Origin: SAR324 cluster bacterium
GTDB taxonomy: Bacteria > SAR324 > NAC60-12
Reading direction: 5' to 3'
NCBI GenBank assembly: GCA_015231825.1
Contig: JADGAV010000009.1
Coordinates: 2,677 to 66,676 of the forward strand
DNA length: 64,000 bases
Both the position numbers and the translations under genes were made by a program. This document shows positions 48,543 through 58,655 of the stretch, in pieces (within the stretch, counting starts at the first letter, position 1; each line of letters begins with the position of its first letter). The notes beneath the pieces were generated by a model. The model had not been told where the DNA came from. It saw only the letters and a program-made list of their open reading frames with translations, and made no database searches.

Positions 48543-49433
48543 ATGGTCAATCAAATCTTTTTACAAATCGTCACGGGGTTGCAACTGGGCGCGATCTATG
48601 TCCTGATCGCTCTTGGTTTGACTCTCATATTTGGTACTTTGGGCGTGGTGAATTTCACCCATGGTGCTCTTTTTATGCTCGGCGCATTTTCCGCCGTGAT
48701 TATTTCAGGAAATTATGGGTTTGTTGCTGCAATTATAATTGTTCCTCCCTTTTTATTTTTTTTCGGTGTTTTGATGGAACGATTCATTGTGCGTTTTTTT
48801 TACGACCGTCCACACACGGATCAGATATTGGTGACTTTCGGATTTGCTATTGTGATTCAGGAGACTTTGAAGTGGATTTTCGGTTCCAATAATATTCCTT
48901 TTAAAATGCCGGCATGGGGGAGAGGAATTCTGAAACTGCATGAGTATGTTCCATTTTTGGATGGTTTTGTTGCTTACCCCAAATGGCGATTTATTCTGAT
49001 CACGGTTTCATTTTTCACAGTGATTGCCCTTTTTGCCCTCTTGCAGTTCACCCGGTTCGGAATGGTTATTCGCGCCGGAATGAACGATTCTGAAATATTA
49101 AGTTTTCTCGGTATCAACATCACGCGGCGATTCACTCTTGTTTTTGGATTGGGATCGATGATTGCTGGTCTTGCCGGAGTATTTGCAGGACCCGTGACCA
49201 ACGTTGATCCGGGGCTGGGCATGTTTTATCTGGTCCCTTCATTTTTGGTTGTCGTGATTGGAGGGATGGGGTCTTTGCCCGGGGCCGTCCTGGCAAGTTT
49301 TCTCTTGGGAATGGCGCAGAGTTTTACCGTTAGTTTTGCAGGACTACAAGCAATCGTAGTTTATATCGTCGCAGTGGTTGTATTGTTGTTTATGCCTCGC
49401 GGGTTGCTTGGAAAGAAAGGAGTGTTGGACTGA
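48543..49433 (+). CDS. Branched-chain amino acid-type ABC permease (LivH family)
   Basis: LIALGLTLIFG..GVVNFTHG, TRFGMVIRAG, VVIGGMGS, PRGLLG. Confidence 0.92.
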   Translation: MVNQIFLQIVTGLQLGAIYVLIALGLTLIFGTLGVVNFTHGALFMLGAFSAVIISGNYGFVAAIIIVPPFLFFFGVLMERFIVRFFYDRPHTDQILVTFGFAIVIQETLKWIFGSNNIPFKMPAWGRGILKLHEYVPFLDGFVAYPKWRFILITVSFFTVIALFALLQFTRFGMVIRAGMNDSEILSFLGINITRRFTLVFGLGSMIAGLAGVFAGPVTNVDPGLGMFYLVPSFLVVVIGGMGSLPGAVLASFLLGMAQSFTVSFAGLQAIVVYIVAVVVLLFMPRGLLGKKGVLD

Positions 49434-50392
49434 TGGGCATTATTAACAGAGGCACCATTCATTTGACAGTTTTCGCTTTAATTGTACTGACCTTTCCATT
49501 TTGGTTTGAGTATACAGGAGGCTATGCAGGGTTGGATACAAAAATCATTATTTGGGCAATTTTCGCTCTCGGATTTGATTTGCTGCTGATTACTGGCTAC
49601 CTTTCTTTTGGTCATGCGGCTTTTTTTGGGATTTCAGCCTATGCCACAGGTTTGATGCTGCTGCATTATTCCTCAAATATTATTGAAGCAATGATTGTTG
49701 GTGTGGTGGTTTCAACAATTGCAGCAGTGATTATTGGTTTTCTCACTCTGAGGAGGACGGGGATCTATTTTAGTGTTTTAACACTCGCTTTTGGCGAAAT
49801 GTTTCACACCGCAGCGGTTTCTATATTTTCAGGTTTAACAGGCGGGGAAAATGGGCTGACCGGACTACCGACTCCAACTTTGTTCGGGGAGAAAATGCAA
49901 GGGAGCAATGTTTTTTACCTTTGTGCCATTTTTTTGATTATCGGCTTTTACCTGGCAAGAAGAATTACCCGGTCTCCCTTTGGCCTTATGTTGAAGTCGC
50001 TCAAATCCAACCAGACTCGACTCGAGTACATCGGTATCAATGTCCAATTTTATAAAAACTCTGCCTTTGTGCTCAGCTCGATCTATGCTGCCGTTGCGGG
50101 ATCGCTGATGGTCATTTATGAACCCTACGTTGCAACTGAGTTTTTGGAATGGAAAACCTCGGGTACTTTAGTGATCATGTCCGTGATGGGAGGTGTAGGG
50201 ACGCTCTTTGGTCCAATGATCGGGGCAGCATTCATGCTCTATTTTGAGAATGTGGCGTCCGTTTTTTTAGAAGAGCAATGGTTGCTGGCATTAGGAATCA
50301 TGTTTATGGCAATTGTCGTTTATCTTCCTGGAGGATTTGTAGACGGCTATAAGAGAATGATGCGTCATTGGGTAAAAAAGAATCAGGCATAA
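49433..50392 (+). CDS. Branched-chain amino acid-type ABC permease (LivM family)
   Basis: TGYLSFGHAAFFG, TLAFGE, TGGENGL, SPFG, MGGVGTLFGP. Confidence 0.92.
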   Translation: MGIINRGTIHLTVFALIVLTFPFWFEYTGGYAGLDTKIIIWAIFALGFDLLLITGYLSFGHAAFFGISAYATGLMLLHYSSNIIEAMIVGVVVSTIAAVIIGFLTLRRTGIYFSVLTLAFGEMFHTAAVSIFSGLTGGENGLTGLPTPTLFGEKMQGSNVFYLCAIFLIIGFYLARRITRSPFGLMLKSLKSNQTRLEYIGINVQFYKNSAFVLSSIYAAVAGSLMVIYEPYVATEFLEWKTSGTLVIMSVMGGVGTLFGPMIGAAFMLYFENVASVFLEEQWLLALGIMFMAIVVYLPGGFVDGYKRMMRHWVKKNQA

Positions 50393-50414
50393 TCAGAAAG
50401 AACGAGAACAGTCC

Positions 50415-51170
50415 ATGGCAATTTTAGTAGTCAACAATATTTCAAAACATTTTGGCGGATTACAGGCACTTTTCAAAGTCAATATTTCTGTTGAGGCAGG
50501 AACAACGCACTCGTTGATCGGGCCAAACGGTGCAGGGAAGTCTACTCTGCTCAATGTGCTGACTGGACAGATTGAACCAAACGAAGGTTCTGTCGTATTC
50601 AAAGACAGACCGCTTTTAAACATCACTCCGCACAAGATCAATCAGCTCGGCATCGCCCGGGTTTTTCAAACTCCAGCCATTTTTCCGGAAATGGTGCTCC
50701 TGGAAAATGTGATGGCTGCTGTTTTTGCGTCCCGTGATGGAGCCTATAAGTTTAATTTGCTGGAGTCGCGCCGCCATGCTCAATCCGTCGCCAATTTTGC
50801 AATAGAAATCCTGGAGCAGGTGGGGCTCCAGCACAAAATCAGATCGGAGGCCCGATTTCTTTCTCGAGGTGATAAACGTCGTTTGGAACTGGCAATTTGC
50901 CTGGCCCATAAACCTTCACTCTTGCTTTTGGATGAACCAACTGCCGGAATGGCGAGACACGAAACCGAATCCACCATTGAACTGCTTCGCAGTATTTCTA
51001 AAAAGAATATGACGATTGTGATTGTGGAGCATGATATGAATGTTGTTTTTGCTTTGTCTGATACCATTACCGTGTTGTCCCAGGGGCAGGTGATCGCTGA
51101 AGGGATTCCTGATCATGTGCGGGGCAATCCTGCTGTGATTGAAGCATACTTGGGAAAGGAACATGCATGA
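50415..51170 (+). CDS. ABC ATP-binding protein (LivG family)
   Basis: GPNGAGKST, LSRGDKRRLE, LLDEPTAG, VEHDM, EAYLG. Confidence 0.93.
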   Translation: MAILVVNNISKHFGGLQALFKVNISVEAGTTHSLIGPNGAGKSTLLNVLTGQIEPNEGSVVFKDRPLLNITPHKINQLGIARVFQTPAIFPEMVLLENVMAAVFASRDGAYKFNLLESRRHAQSVANFAIEILEQVGLQHKIRSEARFLSRGDKRRLELAICLAHKPSLLLLDEPTAGMARHETESTIELLRSISKKNMTIVIVEHDMNVVFALSDTITVLSQGQVIAEGIPDHVRGNPAVIEAYLGKEHA

Positions 51171-51901
51171 GTGAGATGATACAAAAACCTGACTCAAATG
51201 CGTTTTTTAGCGTACAGGATATCCATTCATATTATGGAGAAAGCTACATTGTTCAGGGAGTTTCATTTGAAATTGCAGAAAGGGAAATCGTTGCGTTGCT
51301 AGGACGGAATGGCGCTGGAAAAACATCAACACTGCGAACCATTGCCCGCGCCCACGAACCGTTTTTGAAAAAAGGGAAAATCGTTTTGAATGGAATGCCC
51401 CTGCATCAATTGGAGGCCCATCAAGCGGCACAAATCGGGGTCCAGCTGGTTCCGGAGGATCGTCGGATTATCGGTGGTGCCACGGTGGAAGAAAACCTGA
51501 TTCTTGCCCAAATTGCGAAACCGATCGGATGGTCATTTGAACAGATCTATGAGCATTTTCCCCGACTTGCCGAACGGCGCAAACAACAGGCCACCACGCT
51601 TTCCGGAGGTGAACAGCAGATGCTCGCTGTTGCCCGTGCCCTGGCCAGGGATTTAAAACTCCTTCTTCTTGATGAACCTTATGAGGGCTTGGCGCCTATC
51701 ATTGTTCGCGAGATTGAAAGAATCCTCCTGGAAGTCAAGAAACTGGGGATCACAACGATCATCGTGGAGCAGAATGCAGTGGCTGCCTTGAAGTTGGCTG
51801 ACCGTGCGATTATCTTAGACACGGGGCTTGTTGCATTTGACGGCAGTGCGCAGGAAGTATTGGACAACAAGGAACTGAGAGAAGAGTATCTGGCGATTTA
51901 G
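51167..51901 (+). CDS. ABC ATP-binding protein (LivF family)
   Basis: GRNGAGKTS, LSGGEQQML, LLDEP, VEQN. Confidence 0.93.
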   Translation: MSEMIQKPDSNAFFSVQDIHSYYGESYIVQGVSFEIAEREIVALLGRNGAGKTSTLRTIARAHEPFLKKGKIVLNGMPLHQLEAHQAAQIGVQLVPEDRRIIGGATVEENLILAQIAKPIGWSFEQIYEHFPRLAERRKQQATTLSGGEQQMLAVARALARDLKLLLLDEPYEGLAPIIVREIERILLEVKKLGITTIIVEQNAVAALKLADRAIILDTGLVAFDGSAQEVLDNKELREEYLAI

Positions 51902-51953
51902 TGTTTTAAAAAACAAATTCTCCGCTGACGCTTTGCTCTCAATTGCATTTTCC

Positions 51954-52637
51954 CTATCGGAAAGAATCTTTTAATTTTTGTTCGATGAACTCTTTGAGGT
52001 TTTTCATTTCCTCCTTTTGCTCGTTGCTGAGCGTATCTGAGTCTTCAAGGTAAGTCAGTCTGGTTTTGATGATTTGAATATCGGTTTTATGGATATCACG
52101 TTTTGCAATCGTTGGCGGGATCTTCCCTGAAGGAGTGAGAACGGGATCGTGTTTCTTTGAGGGACTTTTCACTGCATGATCTAGAATCTCATTGATGCCT
52201 TCCAGTGTTTTAGTCAGTCGTTCCTGGACAAAGGGGCCTTCAAAGACCAGCAGTGCTTTTTTGCTCGAAGAGAGGTCGCTTTGCACTGGAAAAACCAAAC
52301 ATTTGTTGGGTAAACCGAGGTTTTTTATCGAATAGATGTCGGTACCGCTCTGTTTTTGAGTGAGTTTAAAAATTTTGTCAAAGTTTTCACGCTCCAGATC
52401 TTGGATCATTGAACGGAGGTCAGTATCTAAACCTGATTTCATGCGTATGCTGAGCTTATCAATCAGCTCTCCCTGGGAATCAGTCCCTTGCTTGGCAGTG
52501 TTGGAGATAACTGCCAATCCATTCCTGAATTTTCCAATCACTCCGCCATATAATTCATCCATCACATTTTCCCAATCTTTGCGCTTTGTAGTGTGACGGT
52601 ATCCAGCAGTGGCTTTCTTTTTAAATAGACCAAACAT
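51954..52637 (-). CDS. Hypothetical protein (227 aa)
   Basis: Long ORF, ATG start, no family recognised. Confidence 0.65.
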   Translation of the reverse strand: MFGLFKKKATAGYRHTTKRKDWENVMDELYGGVIGKFRNGLAVISNTAKQGTDSQGELIDKLSIRMKSGLDTDLRSMIQDLERENFDKIFKLTQKQSGTDIYSIKNLGLPNKCLVFPVQSDLSSSKKALLVFEGPFVQERLTKTLEGINEILDHAVKSPSKKHDPVLTPSGKIPPTIAKRDIHKTDIQIIKTRLTYLEDSDTLSNEQKEEMKNLKEFIEQKLKDSFR

Positions 52638-52660
52638 AATGCTCAGTATTCGAAATTTTG

Positions 52661-53953
52661 TTATTCCGCTTTTTTCTTTCTGGGCAAAAGCGGCAGTTTT
52701 TTGGAAATCTTCCCTAAAGATTTCATAAAGCGCCCTTGTTTGATGTCGGATTGCGCAATTTCAACCTGGACGTTGACGGTTTCCGCCATATATTTTTTGT
52801 CCACTTTTTCTTCCGTATCCCAATCAAGGGTACGGCTATTGACTCCGGAAGGCAGAATTCCTGGCAGTTCATTTTTACGATTTGCTTTGACAATCTGGGC
52901 GTGGACAGCCACGGAAAGAGTACAGATTTGATTGAGCGTCAATGAAGTCAGTAAGTCACTTTCTGCTTTTCGGGCTCGTTTCATTGCCCCTGATTTTGCG
53001 GAATCCCTGCTTGTAAATTCTTCAGGAGAGCCGAAGCTTTTTAAATGAGCTGGTTTCAAATCATAAGTTTCATGATACTGGCGTTCTTTTTGTTCCAATT
53101 CAGCAAATAAAGTCCCCAACTTTTTGTAGTTTTGAATCTTAATCAGGTTATAGAGCGGCTGCTGGTATTGATGAGTTGCCAAATTTTCAACATCGACGCG
53201 ATATAGTTCCGAGTGCAGCCAGTATGTGAGATATTTCTGTTTCCACTCGAGGTAAGTGAGCAGTCCAGGGGTGGCTTTCATCCAAAAAATTAGCTCCCGA
53301 AATCGTTTTGTGATCAGCCCATATGGGTGTTCACCATGAAACAATGGCTCGCTTCTGGAAAGAATTTGTTTCAGGCCTGTTAAAAGATTTTGATCTTTTG
53401 GTACGGATTCCAAAGTGCTTCGGGGGATCATTTTCATGACCCTTTTTAATGTCTCCTCCGCCTTTTTTTTAAGCTCCTGACGCACTAGCTCCGCCTTTTC
53501 CGGAGCTAGTTCATCAAATAATCCACTGGTATTGAGAATGGACCTGATGACCTTGTAGGTTCCAATTGCTCTAGCAGCATAGATGCGTGTGATTTCTTCT
53601 TTTGCTTTAACCCCTCCGGTGAACAAGATTTTAATCTGTTCGAACATCTCCTGCGGATGACTGTAGAAGGGAGAGGCTTTTTGGACTTTCTTGAACTCCC
53701 CTTCAGAAAGGCTTTCCAGATAAGCCTGCAAATTTTTAGATAGGATTAAGGCTTCCTTAATACTCGCTTCATCAAAAACAAACCCTTCATGGGTTTCTAT
53801 TCCTTCAGATTCAGCGCCCTTTCCTGAGGCAGATATCTGCTTTGCCAGGTAATCAAAATAAGCTTCCGCGACATTCATGTAATCGTGATGTTCAGGATGA
53901 GAATCCTCTTCCTCAACACCCTCAATATCCATCCAATACTCTTCAGCGGACAT
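52661..53953 (-). CDS. Hypothetical alpha-helical protein (430 aa)
   Basis: Long ORF, ATG start, no family recognised. Confidence 0.72.
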   Translation of the reverse strand: MSAEEYWMDIEGVEEEDSHPEHHDYMNVAEAYFDYLAKQISASGKGAESEGIETHEGFVFDEASIKEALILSKNLQAYLESLSEGEFKKVQKASPFYSHPQEMFEQIKILFTGGVKAKEEITRIYAARAIGTYKVIRSILNTSGLFDELAPEKAELVRQELKKKAEETLKRVMKMIPRSTLESVPKDQNLLTGLKQILSRSEPLFHGEHPYGLITKRFRELIFWMKATPGLLTYLEWKQKYLTYWLHSELYRVDVENLATHQYQQPLYNLIKIQNYKKLGTLFAELEQKERQYHETYDLKPAHLKSFGSPEEFTSRDSAKSGAMKRARKAESDLLTSLTLNQICTLSVAVHAQIVKANRKNELPGILPSGVNSRTLDWDTEEKVDKKYMAETVNVQVEIAQSDIKQGRFMKSLGKISKKLPLLPRKKKAE

Positions 53954-54230
53954 TTGTAAATTTCATAAATTGGTTTAATGGATATTCTTTATTTTGATAA
54001 GGGAATTGACGATTCTCCCTTTAGAGAAGCGAATTAAATCGAGGAAGTCGCGATTCCAGGACTTACAACTCACGCTACAGGATAAATTAAAGAAGTTCGA
54101 AGAATCAATATATTTTTTGCTGTCATTGTCTATCATGGCTTTCATGAAACTCGACTTAAACGAAATATTTTGTTAAAAGCTTCCATCATTTCAAATTGAT
54201 TATCATTCACACTTTTATCCATTTAGTTTT

Positions 54231-55469
54231 ATGTTAAAGGAATTATTTGAATTTGATCGACCGGGCTACTACGGGCCTTACGGAGGAACTTTTATTCCGG
54301 AAATTTTGAAGACAACCCTTGACGAGTTAGTCCTTGCCTTTCAAGAGGCTCAAGCCGATCCTTCATTCTGGCGACAGTATGTGGATGTGATGCAAAGCTA
54401 CTCATGCCGCCCAACCCCGGTAACACCTTTAGAGAACCTGACAAAGTTGCTGGGTGGTGCAAAAATATATTGCAAAAGGGAGGATTTGAATCATACAGGG
54501 GCTCATAAAGCGAACAATGTAATGGGACAGGGACTGCTTGTCAAACGCATGGGAAAACCTCGTGTGATTGCAGAAACCGGTGCTGGTCAGCATGGAGTTG
54601 CCACTGCAACGATGGCGGCTCGTTTTGGCTTGGAATGCACGGTCTACATGGGTGAAGTTGATGTGGAACGTCAACGTCCCAATGTTTTTTGGATGGAGCA
54701 GCTGGGGGCCGAAGTGATTCCAGTCACGGATGGAACCGCCACTCTCAAAGATGCAATAAATCAAGCAAATCGGGATTGGGCTGCTACCATGGAATCGACT
54801 CACTACGTGCTTGGCACCGTCTGCGGTCCTCATCCGTTTCCTCAAATGGTCTCCTATTTTCAATCCATTATTGGTCAGGAAAGCTACGAACAAATGAAAA
54901 AGATCACGGGACGCCTGCCGGATCATATTTATGCCTGCGTCGGCGGCGGATCCAATGCCAGCGGTATCTTTTTGCCGTTTCTTGATGCACAGCAAGTGGA
55001 GTTGGTAGGAGTCGAGGCAGGAGGGAAGGGAATCGATTCCGGTTTGCATGCAGCTCGACTGCAGGGGGGAACACCAGGAGTCGCGCAAGGATACAAGACC
55101 TATTTTCTCCAGGATGATGAAGGACAGATGATCGAGACGCATTCTGTCGCCGCAGGATTGGATTATATCGGGGTTGGTCCAATTCTCAGTTATTTACACG
55201 ACCAAAAGCGGGTTCGTTTTGAAAGCGCAGTTGATGAAGAAGTCATTGATGCTGCTAAACTGCTCATTCGGAAGGAAGGAATTATTCCAGCGCTCGAGAG
55301 CAGTCATGCTTTGGCAGCGGTAATTCGTGAGGCCCCCAAAATGAAACAGGATGAAATCATTTTGGTGAATCTTTCAGGCCGGGGAGACAAAGACATTTTT
55401 AATATTGCCGAAGCCATTGGTGACGAAAAATGGAATCAATTTTTAAAAAAGAAAGTAGAAAACCTATGA
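54231..55469 (+). CDS. trpB: Tryptophan synthase beta chain
   Basis: GPYGG, KREDLNHTGAHKANN (PLP Lys), AETGAGQHG, CVGGGSNA, AGLDYIGVGP, NLSGRGDKD. Confidence 0.96.
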   Translation: MLKELFEFDRPGYYGPYGGTFIPEILKTTLDELVLAFQEAQADPSFWRQYVDVMQSYSCRPTPVTPLENLTKLLGGAKIYCKREDLNHTGAHKANNVMGQGLLVKRMGKPRVIAETGAGQHGVATATMAARFGLECTVYMGEVDVERQRPNVFWMEQLGAEVIPVTDGTATLKDAINQANRDWAATMESTHYVLGTVCGPHPFPQMVSYFQSIIGQESYEQMKKITGRLPDHIYACVGGGSNASGIFLPFLDAQQVELVGVEAGGKGIDSGLHAARLQGGTPGVAQGYKTYFLQDDEGQMIETHSVAAGLDYIGVGPILSYLHDQKRVRFESAVDEEVIDAAKLLIRKEGIIPALESSHALAAVIREAPKMKQDEIILVNLSGRGDKDIFNIAEAIGDEKWNQFLKKKVENL

Positions 55470-56242
55470 ATCTCACAAATTATATCCGAGAACGGTTGCA
55501 GCAGAAACAAATTTTGTTGATGACCCATGTTGTTGTCGGTTATCCTTCGCTCGACGACAATTGGACCATGCTGGAGATGATGCAGCAATCGGGTGTCGAT
55601 CTGGTCGAATTGCAAATGCCATTCACTGAGCCGAGTGCAGATGGACCGCTTTTTGTGAAAGCCAATCAGCAGGCGCTTAAAAATGGAATAAGGCGCGATG
55701 ATTACTTTGAGTTTATGAGAAAGGCAACGGCAGCATTTGATTTTAAAATTCTGATGATGGGGTATTATAATCCGGTTTTTGTGATGGGGCATCATGAGTT
55801 TTGCAGAGAACTGCACAAGAATGAGAGCTGCGGGTTTATTTTACCCGATCTGCCGGTAGAGGAATTTGGGGATTTATTTGAATACAGCCGGCAATATGAA
55901 CTGTCTCCCATTCTTGTCTGTGCGCCAACAAATACGCCGGAACGTCTTCGTCAGGTGCTTGCGCATGGTTCTGGATTTTTGTACTGTGCTGCCCGGAAAG
56001 GAGTTACCGGTACCAAGACCACATTGGATCAGTCACAGGACGGCTTTATTTCACGCTGTCGCGAGATTTCTGATTTGCCTCTGGCCCTCGGATTCGGTTT
56101 GTCTGAAGCAGCAGATATTCAACAGTTGCATGGAAAAGTGGAAATTGCGATTGTCGGGTCTGCCCTGCTGCACAGCTGGCAGGAAAATGGCCCTCAAGGA
56201 TACCAGCATCACCTGGCCGGCTTAGCAGAAAGTTGTGCTTAA
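55466..56242 (+). CDS. trpA: Tryptophan synthase alpha chain
   Basis: VGYPS, ELQMPFTEPSADGP, MGYYNP, PDLPVEE, GVTG, GFG; ATG overlaps trpB stop (ATGA). Confidence 0.93.
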   Translation: MNLTNYIRERLQQKQILLMTHVVVGYPSLDDNWTMLEMMQQSGVDLVELQMPFTEPSADGPLFVKANQQALKNGIRRDDYFEFMRKATAAFDFKILMMGYYNPVFVMGHHEFCRELHKNESCGFILPDLPVEEFGDLFEYSRQYELSPILVCAPTNTPERLRQVLAHGSGFLYCAARKGVTGTKTTLDQSQDGFISRCREISDLPLALGFGLSEAADIQQLHGKVEIAIVGSALLHSWQENGPQGYQHHLAGLAESCA

Positions 56243-56249
56243 TTAACAA

Positions 56250-56294
56250 TAAGGGGACAGATTTATTTTTTTAAAAAATAAATCTGTCCCCTTA
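56250..56294. repeat. Perfect 22-bp inverted repeat (REP-like palindrome; may also terminate trpBA)
   Basis: TAAGGGGACAGATTTATTTTTT-T-AAAAAATAAATCTGTCCCCTTA. Confidence 0.85.
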
Positions 56295-56366
56295 ATTTCT
56301 TTCCCTCCGATCTTCTATTCTCCGTAGTTGTCTGATTCAGTTTTCCCTCAAGCCAAGGAGTTCACA

Positions 56367-57764
56367 ATGAAATACCAAATAGGAAGCGAAAATCGTCCTC
56401 TAAGCGTCGCAATTATTGGTTCAGGACCGTCTGCTTTTTATGCAGCTGGAGATCTACTGAATCGAACCGAGTTGAATGTTCAGGTGGATATGTTTGATCG
56501 TCTGCCAACCCCGTATGGTCTGGTGCGGGGAGGTGTTGCACCGGACCATCAGAGGATAAAAAATGTCACCAAAATATATGAGAGGATTGCATCGCTCCCG
56601 CAGTTTCGTTTTTGGGGAAATGTTAATTTTGGGACCGACATCTCCAGAGAGGAAATTCTCAAACACTTTGATTGTATTGTATATGCGGTTGGAGCAAAAT
56701 CAGATCGTCAAATGGGAATTCCGGGAGAACAACTGATTGGGAGCTATTCCGCAACAGAATTTGTTGGTTGGTACAACGGGCATCCAGATTATTTGGATGC
56801 TCAATTTGATTTTTCTGTCGAAAAAGTGGCGATCATTGGAATGGGAAATGTGGCGATTGATGTCGCGCGAATCCTTGCCAAAACTCCGGAAGAACTCGCC
56901 TCAACCGACATCGCCGATTATGCGCTGGAAGCTCTTAAAAACAGTCGAGTCAAAAACATTTATGTGATCGGCCGACGCGGTCCGGTACAAGCGGCATTTA
57001 CTTCTCCGGAAGCAAAAGAAATGCTTGAACTGGAACAAACAGAAGTGATTGTTGATCCAGAGGTTTTAAAACTGGATGGTGCGAGCCAGCGCTTTTTGGA
57101 TACGACTAAAAACCGAGATACGGTGCGGACCATGGAAATCCTGCAAAGGATCGCCGGGACTGAGCCTGAAGGAAAACCGAGGCAGCTCCATTTGATGTTT
57201 CAGTATTCTCCCCTGGAAATATATGGCAGCAATGAACGAGTTTCTGGAATTAAGCTTGTAAAAAATAAACTGGTGGAGGGGGAAGGAGGCAGAATCAAGG
57301 CGGAGGAGACCGGCATCATTGAAGAATTGCCAGTGGGACTCGTCTTGCGGTCAATTGGGTACAAAGGAGTCGCGCTTCCCGGTGTATCATTTGACGAAAG
57401 AGAGGGAATCATTCCGAATCACAATGGTCGGGTCGTGGATGAACGGACAAAGGAGATCTGCTCACGCGAATATGTTGTGGGCTGGGCGAAGAGAGGACCG
57501 ACGGGTGTGATTGGCACGAACAAGCCTGATGCCATTGAAACCACCCAACATTTGCTGGAAGATTTTCGAGGGCAGACCGCAGAAGCCCCGGAAGAACTCA
57601 AAAGAGAATCAATAGAAGCATGGCTTAAATCAAAAAAAATTGAATATGTCACTTTTGAGGGCTGGAAGCGATTGGATCAGCATGAAATCGATGAAGGAGC
57701 AAAAAAGGGAAAACCCCGTCAAAAAACGACCAAGATTGAAGACATGTTGAAAATAATAAAATAG
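56367..57764 (+). CDS. Ferredoxin--NADP(+) reductase (FprA/adrenodoxin reductase family)
   Basis: IIGSGPSAFY, PYGLVRGGVAPDH, FVGWYNGHP, GMGNVAIDVAR, GRRGP, GWAKRGPTGVIG; RBS AAGGAG. Confidence 0.92.
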   Translation: MKYQIGSENRPLSVAIIGSGPSAFYAAGDLLNRTELNVQVDMFDRLPTPYGLVRGGVAPDHQRIKNVTKIYERIASLPQFRFWGNVNFGTDISREEILKHFDCIVYAVGAKSDRQMGIPGEQLIGSYSATEFVGWYNGHPDYLDAQFDFSVEKVAIIGMGNVAIDVARILAKTPEELASTDIADYALEALKNSRVKNIYVIGRRGPVQAAFTSPEAKEMLELEQTEVIVDPEVLKLDGASQRFLDTTKNRDTVRTMEILQRIAGTEPEGKPRQLHLMFQYSPLEIYGSNERVSGIKLVKNKLVEGEGGRIKAEETGIIEELPVGLVLRSIGYKGVALPGVSFDEREGIIPNHNGRVVDERTKEICSREYVVGWAKRGPTGVIGTNKPDAIETTQHLLEDFRGQTAEAPEELKRESIEAWLKSKKIEYVTFEGWKRLDQHEIDEGAKKGKPRQKTTKIEDMLKIIK

Positions 57765-57777
57765 CCCGAAAAAGACC

Positions 57778-57794
57778 TTGGTACGTCGCTTGCT
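57778..57794 (+). promoter_or_regulatory. Sigma54 (-24/-12) promoter of the flgFGAH operon
   Basis: TTGGTAC-GTCGC-TTGCT; GG and GC at the canonical spacing, 47 nt upstream of flgF. Confidence 0.78.
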
Positions 57795-57841
57795 TTTCTT
57801 TCCAGAAACCAACCCAACAGTTCAATAAAAAGGAGAACTCA

Positions 57842-58615
57842 ATGAGTGGTATCTACAATTTGGTTTCCGCAGGAAAAGCTCTGGAGCGAAAAATGGAAAT
57901 CAATACGAACAACCTGACTAACGTGGATACGGCAGGATACAAAGAAGATCACCTCACTTTTCGTGAAGTGCTCTCCACCGCAAATCGTGTGGTGCCTGAA
58001 TCCGGAGAGGAGCTTTTTCAGAGTCACGAAAACCTCGATTTGTATGTGGGGATGGATAAATCTTCCGTAATCGTCGATGGAATTGGAAAAGATTTCTCAA
58101 CGGGTCCAATGCGTTTTACTGACAATCCGCTGGATATCGCGATAGGCAACGAGGGTTTTTTCACGGTAGCAACCCCTCAGGGAAATCGTTATAGCAGAAC
58201 CGGTCAATTTACTATGGATATGAATGGAACAATTGTGACCAGTGATGGCTATCCGCTTTTAGGAGAAAAAGGACCAATTGTTGTTCAGGGAACCGATATC
58301 AAAATCAATGAGGATGGAGGAGTGGAAGTGGATGGTGCTGCTATCGACAAGTTGCGCCTTGTTCGTTTCCGAGATCCTGCCAGTCTTCAAAAATTGGGAA
58401 AATCATTTTATGCTCCGATCAGCAGCGACAATGTGCCGGTGCCTTCCGATGAGATAAAAGTGCGGCAGGGCATGATTGAAGAATCGAATGTCAACACGAT
58501 CACCGGAATGGTTAAGATGATTGACGGCAATCGAACCTATGAATCTGTGCGAAAAGCAATGACCACCATTGATCGTCTTGATGAAAAAGCGATTTCAATT
58601 TCTCGAATTGGGTGA
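57842..58615 (+). CDS. flgF: Flagellar basal-body rod protein FlgF
   Basis: NNLTNVDTAGYK, DFSTG, TDNPLDIAI..GFF, YSRTGQF, QGMIEESNVN; precedes flgG. Confidence 0.85.
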   Translation: MSGIYNLVSAGKALERKMEINTNNLTNVDTAGYKEDHLTFREVLSTANRVVPESGEELFQSHENLDLYVGMDKSSVIVDGIGKDFSTGPMRFTDNPLDIAIGNEGFFTVATPQGNRYSRTGQFTMDMNGTIVTSDGYPLLGEKGPIVVQGTDIKINEDGGVEVDGAAIDKLRLVRFRDPASLQKLGKSFYAPISSDNVPVPSDEIKVRQGMIEESNVNTITGMVKMIDGNRTYESVRKAMTTIDRLDEKAISISRIG

Positions 58616-58655
58616 TCCAGATTTTTATATTGAAACTATTTTTTAGGAGAGAACC

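Noticed and set aside
53974-54033. Short ORF upstream of trpB as a Trp leader peptide
   Set aside because: Contains no Trp codons.
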